Source: a virus | Taxonomy: Duplodnaviria; Heunggongvirae; Uroviricota; Caudoviricetes | Length of the DNA stretch: 7,631 nucleotides | Direction: 5' to 3' (one strand) | IMG/VR virus record: IMGVR_UViG_2695420456_000026 | Notes under the pieces: model-generated | Databases searched by the model: none | Seen by the model: only the letters and a program-made list of their open reading frames with translations | What the model was told of the DNA's origin: nothing | Shown here: piece by piece, positions 6,310 through 7,631 of the stretch | Position numbering within the stretch: position 1 is the first letter of the stretch | Layout: the number at the start of each line of letters is the position of its first letter | Translations under genes and position numbers: made by a program

Positions 6310-6362
6310 TTGTTCGTAGTTGTTCCACATTGTTGCTCATTGTTGCACGTTGTATCTGTTCG
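6310..6362. repeat. Five to six phased 10-bp tandem repeats, TTGTT(C/G)C-like (TTGTTCGTAG, TTGTTCCACA, TTGTTGCTCA, TTGTTGCACG, TTGTATCTGTTCG), between the int 3' end and alpA.
   Basis: Exact 10-bp periodicity read from the sequence; phasing places every copy on one face of the helix, which suggests a protein-binding array. Confidence 0.5.
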
Positions 6363-6368
6363 CATATC

Positions 6369-6384
6369 CAGTATGCGCATACTG
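6369..6384. promoter_or_regulatory. Perfect 16-bp palindrome CAGTATGCGCATACTG, 18 bp downstream of the int stop codon.
   Basis: Self-complementary over all 16 positions; no T-run follows on either strand, so more likely a dimer binding site than a terminator. Confidence 0.4.
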
Positions 6385-6401
6385 AAAAAACACGAAAAAA
6401 A

Positions 6402-7631
6402 TTATTTTCTTCTGGCTACTGGTAGCGTGGTTACGTTTTCATGTGTTCCCGCCAGTATCCCTAACCGCTCCGTCCACATATCCAGCGCATTGCGTTTCGC
6501 ATCCAGATAACGGGAATGATTATAAACTCGCTGCATTCCTGGCATCTGGTGGCCTGTAAGCTGCTCCACGACATGCGGATCAACGCCTAAATCGTTCAGC
6601 ATGGTTGTAAAGGTGCGCCGGATGTCATGCAGTGACCAGTGAGGGTGATTAAGCCTCCTGTGCGCTAATCTTCCATACTGCGATACGCTGGCCTCCTGTT
6701 TCACTTCCCCCAGCAATAAGCCCGTGTGCCTGTTCTGCTCCACCAGCTGCGTGATGAACGGCAGTATTGCTTCCGGTATAGGCCGGAATATGGCTACCTT
6801 CGTTTTGCTGTGCTCCTTCGGAACGGTCCAGAGCATTTCGGTAAAATCCCACTCGCTGATCTCCGATAACCTCAGTTCTACCGTCCGGCATCCGAACACA
6901 ATCAGGAGGCGGATTAACGCGATGTAGTAGGGGGAGAATATTTTTTTGTCCAGTGCCTGCAATAATTCGCCCAGTTCTTTGGTGCTTAAGACACGCTCGC
7001 TTATATCCGGTTTTTTCCCAACGTCCGCCACACTCATATCATCAAGAACGTTGCTGATTGCATAGCGCCGCCTCCGGCAGAACTTAAGCGCCTGTTTGCA
7101 CGTCTGTAGCAAGAATCCGGCAGTAACAGGCGTTCGCTTTGCCACCTGGTCAAAACAGGCCAGCCAGTGCCGTAGCTCGCATTTATCCAGCGGCATAGCA
7201 CCAATGTGCTGTATTACGTGATTATTAAGGCGCTTTTTCAGGGCGGCATAATCCACGCGGTTTTCCTTTGCGTACGACTCAAGCCAGTAGGTGAGCGCAT
7301 CGCCAACCGTTACCGGCTTTAACGCTTCCTGTACGGTGTAATTAAGCTCATGACGTGGATTTTTCCCCTCTGCCAGCCATGCGCGACACTGGGCGGCTTT
7401 TTCCCTGGCTGATTTCAGGCTCAGATCAGGATAATTTCCCAGCTTAATGCGTTCCGGTGGTGCCCCCCTTCCCGTTCCGGCCCTGTAAGTGAAATACCAG
7501 GTTAAAAGGCCACTGGTTGAATGCCTGACGCTCAGGTTTCCACCGTCATTAAGAAAGGCTGTTTTTTGGGCGGGTGTGCCGTTGATTTTCCTCAGCTGTG
7601 TATCGCTCAGTTTGTTAAGTGCTCTGCTCAT
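6402..7631 (-). CDS. int: Tyrosine recombinase, P4-family phage integrase with N-terminal arm-binding domain, 409 aa.
   Basis: N-terminal ...GNLSVRHSTSGLLTWYFTYR... arm-binding block; catalytic-domain residues in ...HDIRRTF... and ...VYNHSRYLD... (candidate Tyr). ATG is the last three bases of the window, so the true start or att site may lie beyond it. Confidence 0.9.
   Translation of the reverse strand: MSRALNKLSDTQLRKINGTPAQKTAFLNDGGNLSVRHSTSGLLTWYFTYRAGTGRGAPPERIKLGNYPDLSLKSAREKAAQCRAWLAEGKNPRHELNYTVQEALKPVTVGDALTYWLESYAKENRVDYAALKKRLNNHVIQHIGAMPLDKCELRHWLACFDQVAKRTPVTAGFLLQTCKQALKFCRRRRYAISNVLDDMSVADVGKKPDISERVLSTKELGELLQALDKKIFSPYYIALIRLLIVFGCRTVELRLSEISEWDFTEMLWTVPKEHSKTKVAIFRPIPEAILPFITQLVEQNRHTGLLLGEVKQEASVSQYGRLAHRRLNHPHWSLHDIRRTFTTMLNDLGVDPHVVEQLTGHQMPGMQRVYNHSRYLDAKRNALDMWTERLGILAGTHENVTTLPVARRK

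Overview
The window reads as the integrase-proximal part of a compact integrative, phage-satellite-like island (PICI / P4-like architecture) of the enterobacterial type. No database search was possible, so all protein calls rest on motifs I recognise by eye. Almost all genes are on the minus strand. From right to left: a P4-family tyrosine integrase (6402..7631, start codon at the window edge), an AlpA-family regulator (5849..6037), a six-gene translationally coupled operon (5044 down to 2260) whose last gene is a RepA/RecA-fold replicative helicase, an iteron/AT-rich candidate origin immediately downstream of it (2069..2261), two small ORFs, an SSB with the canonical DDIPF tail, a PerC-like small regulator, an intrinsic terminator, and a capsid-like ORF ending exactly at position 1. 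A small plus-strand cassette sits between alpA and the operon: an Arc/MetJ-type ribbon-helix-helix gene (5175..5348) with two copies of the perfect palindrome GGTAATTACC over its promoter and start codon, a possible small basic ORF, and a strong terminator. I see no rRNA, tRNA or CRISPR array. The best candidates for something undescribed are the five small proteins co-translated ahead of the helicase, the oppositely oriented RHH cassette, and the short capsid-N-terminus-like protein; none can be given a function from sequence alone.
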